From an uncultured delta proteobacterium (GTDB lineage: Bacteria; Desulfobacterota; WTBG01; CAIYCZ01), in contig CAWDOY010000054.1 of NCBI GenBank assembly GCA_963803975.1, positions 1 through 64,000 on the forward strand: a stretch of DNA of 64,000 bases, read 5' to 3'. A program made the position numbers and the translations under genes. Each line of letters opens with the position of its first letter. Position 1 is the stretch's first letter. This document shows positions 62,865 through 64,000 of this stretch, one piece after another. The notes under the pieces were generated by a model. That model was not told the origin of the DNA. It saw only the letters and a program-made list of their open reading frames with translations, and ran no database searches.

Positions 62865-64000
62865 ATGTCTGATAAATTTGATTTGAACAACATTAGTGGT
62901 GTCACTGGTCTTTCCGAAAAAGAAGCCTCCGACAGACTTGCGCGTGAGGGGTTTAACGAAATCCCCTCGGCTAAAAAGCGCAGTATTATATCGTTTGCGC
63001 TGAGTGTTCTTCGTGAACCAATGTTATTGCTTCTTATCGCCAGCGGCATAATCTACATGATACTGGGAGATATCCAGGAAGCCTTTATGCTTCTTGGTTT
63101 CGTCTTCGTGATTATAGGTATAACCCTATATCAGGAGCGCAAAACAGAGAGGGCGCTTGAGGCACTTCGCGACCTGTCAAGTCCACGTGCTTTGGTTATC
63201 CGAGACGGTGTATCCAGGAGAATCGCCGGCCGCGAGGTAGTCCGTGGCGATATCATCGTTCTTTCAGAAGGTGACAGGGTTCCGGCAGATGGTATTGTAC
63301 TTGACTGCAATAATCTAATGATTGAGGAATCGCTACTTACCGGAGAATCAGTCCCGGTGCATAAAACCGAAGCAGAAGAGTCCACAGAGATGGGACGTCC
63401 CGGCGGAGATAATTCACCTTTCATATATTCTGGTACTTTGGTGGTTGGAGGAGTAGGCATCGCAAAGGTAGCAGCTACAGGCATATATACCGAATTCGGC
63501 AAGATAGGCAAGTCTTTGCAGGCCATAGAGTCTGAAGAGACGCTACTCCAAAAAGAGACAAGACGCGTAGTACGCAATTTAGCTCTAATAGGTTTGGTAC
63601 TTTGTGTAATTATGGCGTTGGTCTACGGAATTACTAAAGGTGATTGGCTTGCTGGCTTTTTGGCGAGTATTACTCTGGCAATGGCCATTTTACCGGAGGA
63701 ATTCCCTGTTGTGCTCACCGTTTTCCTTGCCCTAGGCGCGTGGCGGATTTCTCAGAGCCATGTACTGACACGCCGTATGCCCGCCATCGAAACTCTTGGT
63801 TCAAATACGGTCTTATGTGTAGATAAAACAGGGACTCTTACCATGAACCAAATGTCAGTAGATAGAATATCCGTTGGTGGAGAATTCTTAAATGTAGACT
63901 TGAACACAGCAAAGGAGCCGCCAGAAATATTTCATCAACTGATCGAATTCAGCATATTGGCTGGCCAGACTAATCCCTTCGACCCGATGGAAAAGGCTCT
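62865..64000 (+). CDS. Cation-translocating P-type ATPase, type II-like (runs off window; absent from ORF track)
   Basis: MSDKFDL..GLSEKEA, EGDRVPADG, ESLLTGES, PEEFP, DKTGTLT. Confidence 0.92.
   Translation, partial: MSDKFDLNNISGVTGLSEKEASDRLAREGFNEIPSAKKRSIISFALSVLREPMLLLLIASGIIYMILGDIQEAFMLLGFVFVIIGITLYQERKTERALEALRDLSSPRALVIRDGVSRRIAGREVVRGDIIVLSEGDRVPADGIVLDCNNLMIEESLLTGESVPVHKTEAEESTEMGRPGGDNSPFIYSGTLVVGGVGIAKVAATGIYTEFGKIGKSLQAIESEETLLQKETRRVVRNLALIGLVLCVIMALVYGITKGDWLAGFLASITLAMAILPEEFPVVLTVFLALGAWRISQSHVLTRRMPAIETLGSNTVLCVDKTGTLTMNQMSVDRISVGGEFLNVDLNTAKEPPEIFHQLIEFSILAGQTNPFDPMEKA

Noticed and set aside
63131..63826. ORFs 63131..63577 (-) and 63644..63826 (+)
   Set aside because: Shadows of the P-type ATPase frame starting at 62865
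1..64000. Numerous short antisense and alternate-frame ORFs; rRNA or tRNA genes
   Set aside because: They overlap well-supported genes, as expected in GC-rich DNA; no tRNA cloverleaf or rRNA signature recognised by eye

Overview
64 kb of a moderately GC-rich bacterial chromosome, probably a Desulfobacterota/deltaproteobacterial anaerobe (futalosine pathway, sigma54 regulation; lineage is inference). Many genes, including housekeeping ones, are split by single-base indels, best explained as uncorrected long-read error. Left to right: a FecR/DUF6600 protein; a surface-glycan cluster (ABC flippase, wecB, glycosyltransferases, methyltransferase, MarR-EPS regulator); a Zn-dehydrogenase/lsrF/class II aldolase-SCP2/acyl-CoA ligase/glmM/acyltransferase run; a diguanylate cyclase; nadE; a non-canonical Kdp locus; asd, cysC, tal; polX; an AT-richer accessory patch (AAA-DUF4143, S41 peptidase, orphan Phd, nucleotidyltransferase pair); a murC-like ligase; an M6 protease; mqnE/A/C; and, at the right edge, a P-type ATPase preceded by a likely NiCo riboswitch. 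The best candidate for an undescribed system is the Kdp locus: no KdpE, a sigma54 activator, two duplicated -24/-12 promoters with identically spaced enhancer palindromes, a separate sensor kinase plus a kinase-less paralogue, two 27-aa membrane peptides, and a soluble KdpD-USP-PTS EIIA fusion. No rRNA, tRNA or CRISPR array was seen.
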